From sequence record SRR31156797_1773: a stretch of DNA of 57,636 nucleotides, one strand, 5' to 3'. This document shows, in pieces, positions 56,878 through 57,636 of the stretch. Under the pieces are notes generated by a model. It saw only the letters and a list, made by a program, of their open reading frames with translations, made no database searches and had not been told where the DNA came from. Within the stretch, counting starts at the first letter, position 1, and every line of letters begins with the position of its first letter. A program made the translations under genes and the position numbers.

Positions 56878-57636
56878 ATGAAATACACAGGTAAGATGTT
56901 GGCGTTTTTGGTTATTATATTATCAACCATTATTACCTGTTTCAATTGTAATTCATGGCACCAGGGCGATAAATTGCTGGTCATCTCCTTAAAAACCGGC
57001 CTGGCTAAAAACAATGGTGCTACACCCTGGTATGCCGAACTTTCAATTGGTTCTGGAGATCAACAACAGCTCTTTAAACTGATCATGGATACCGGTACCG
57101 GGAGCACCTGGATTACTTCTGTTGCATGCACCACCAATGCCTGCATGCATCACCGACGGTATAATCCTGAACTGTCAGCTTCGCACCTTTGGATAGATAC
57201 CATGGAAAGACACAGCGAACTTGGCCCGTGGGGAGCTTTTAGTTTTAAGATGGGAATGGATCAATGGAATTTCATGGCTGAAAAATCTACCCAGACAGGT
57301 AGCCTAAAAAATATTGAAGTACCAGGAATGCAGTTCCTCGAAGCCACCAACCTCATCGATGGGAAGAACCCTGACGGGAGTTATAATTCAAATTGGGACG
57401 ACCTGGTTCAGGAAGGCTCTTTAGCTTTTCCATCCATAAATACATCTGGCCCTTCCGCACAGATTTTGGATTTACTTTTGAAGGAGCAGTTGATCGATCA
57501 TAAAATTATGAGTTATTGGACTTCGCAGGAACTTAACAGGGGTGAGGTCATCCTTGGCGGAATCGACACAAAAAAATTTGTTAAGGAAACGCTCCACTAT
57601 TTTCCGGTCGTTAGAAATATTGCAAAAGCAGACCAT
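56878..57636 (+). CDS. Pepsin-family (A1) aspartic protease, 3'-truncated by window edge; not in the ORF track
   Basis: Manual translation, open to window end: signal peptide, PWYAELSIGSGDQQQLFKLIMDTGTGSTWITSVACTTNACMHHRRYNPELSAS ... GEVILGGIDTKKF...LHYFPV. Confidence 0.88.
   Translation, partial: MKYTGKMLAFLVIILSTIITCFNCNSWHQGDKLLVISLKTGLAKNNGATPWYAELSIGSGDQQQLFKLIMDTGTGSTWITSVACTTNACMHHRRYNPELSASHLWIDTMERHSELGPWGAFSFKMGMDQWNFMAEKSTQTGSLKNIEVPGMQFLEATNLIDGKNPDGSYNSNWDDLVQEGSLAFPSINTSGPSAQILDLLLKEQLIDHKIMSYWTSQELNRGEVILGGIDTKKFVKETLHYFPVVRNIAKADH

Overview
Chromosomal window from a Bacteroidota (probably Bacteroidales) bacterium, judged from T9SS C-terminal domains, TAnnTTTG promoter boxes and gene content. 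It holds the 3' part of clpB, four large T9SS-secreted modular proteins, cysteate synthase with two GT4 glycosyltransferases, a GH13/GH31 alpha-glucan pair, an ATP12-like::Schlafen(AlbA_2) fusion, the murL/murD2 alternative peptidoglycan pathway, a ribosomal protein THX gene missed by the ORF track, an NrfC/NrfD/cytochrome c redox module, housekeeping genes (yqgE, TrmH family, apbE, rsmE), a TPR-AraC regulator cluster and a truncated eukaryote-like pepsin (also missing from the ORF track). The best candidate for an undescribed system is 28.5-34.6 kb. Three tandem paralogous secreted small proteins are each a complete transcription unit, with paired operator half-sites 22 bp from a TAnnTTTG box, a Shine-Dalgarno-like GAGGT and their own terminator. 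They converge on an operon of two divergent small proteins sharing an invariant ISEDADIDL motif, a TPR sensor kinase and a NarL/LuxR regulator. The 3' UTR of that operon carries C-rich repeats exactly complementary to the kinase start region. No CRISPR array, rRNA, tRNA or transposase was recognised. All family calls are by-eye motif recognition, not database searches.
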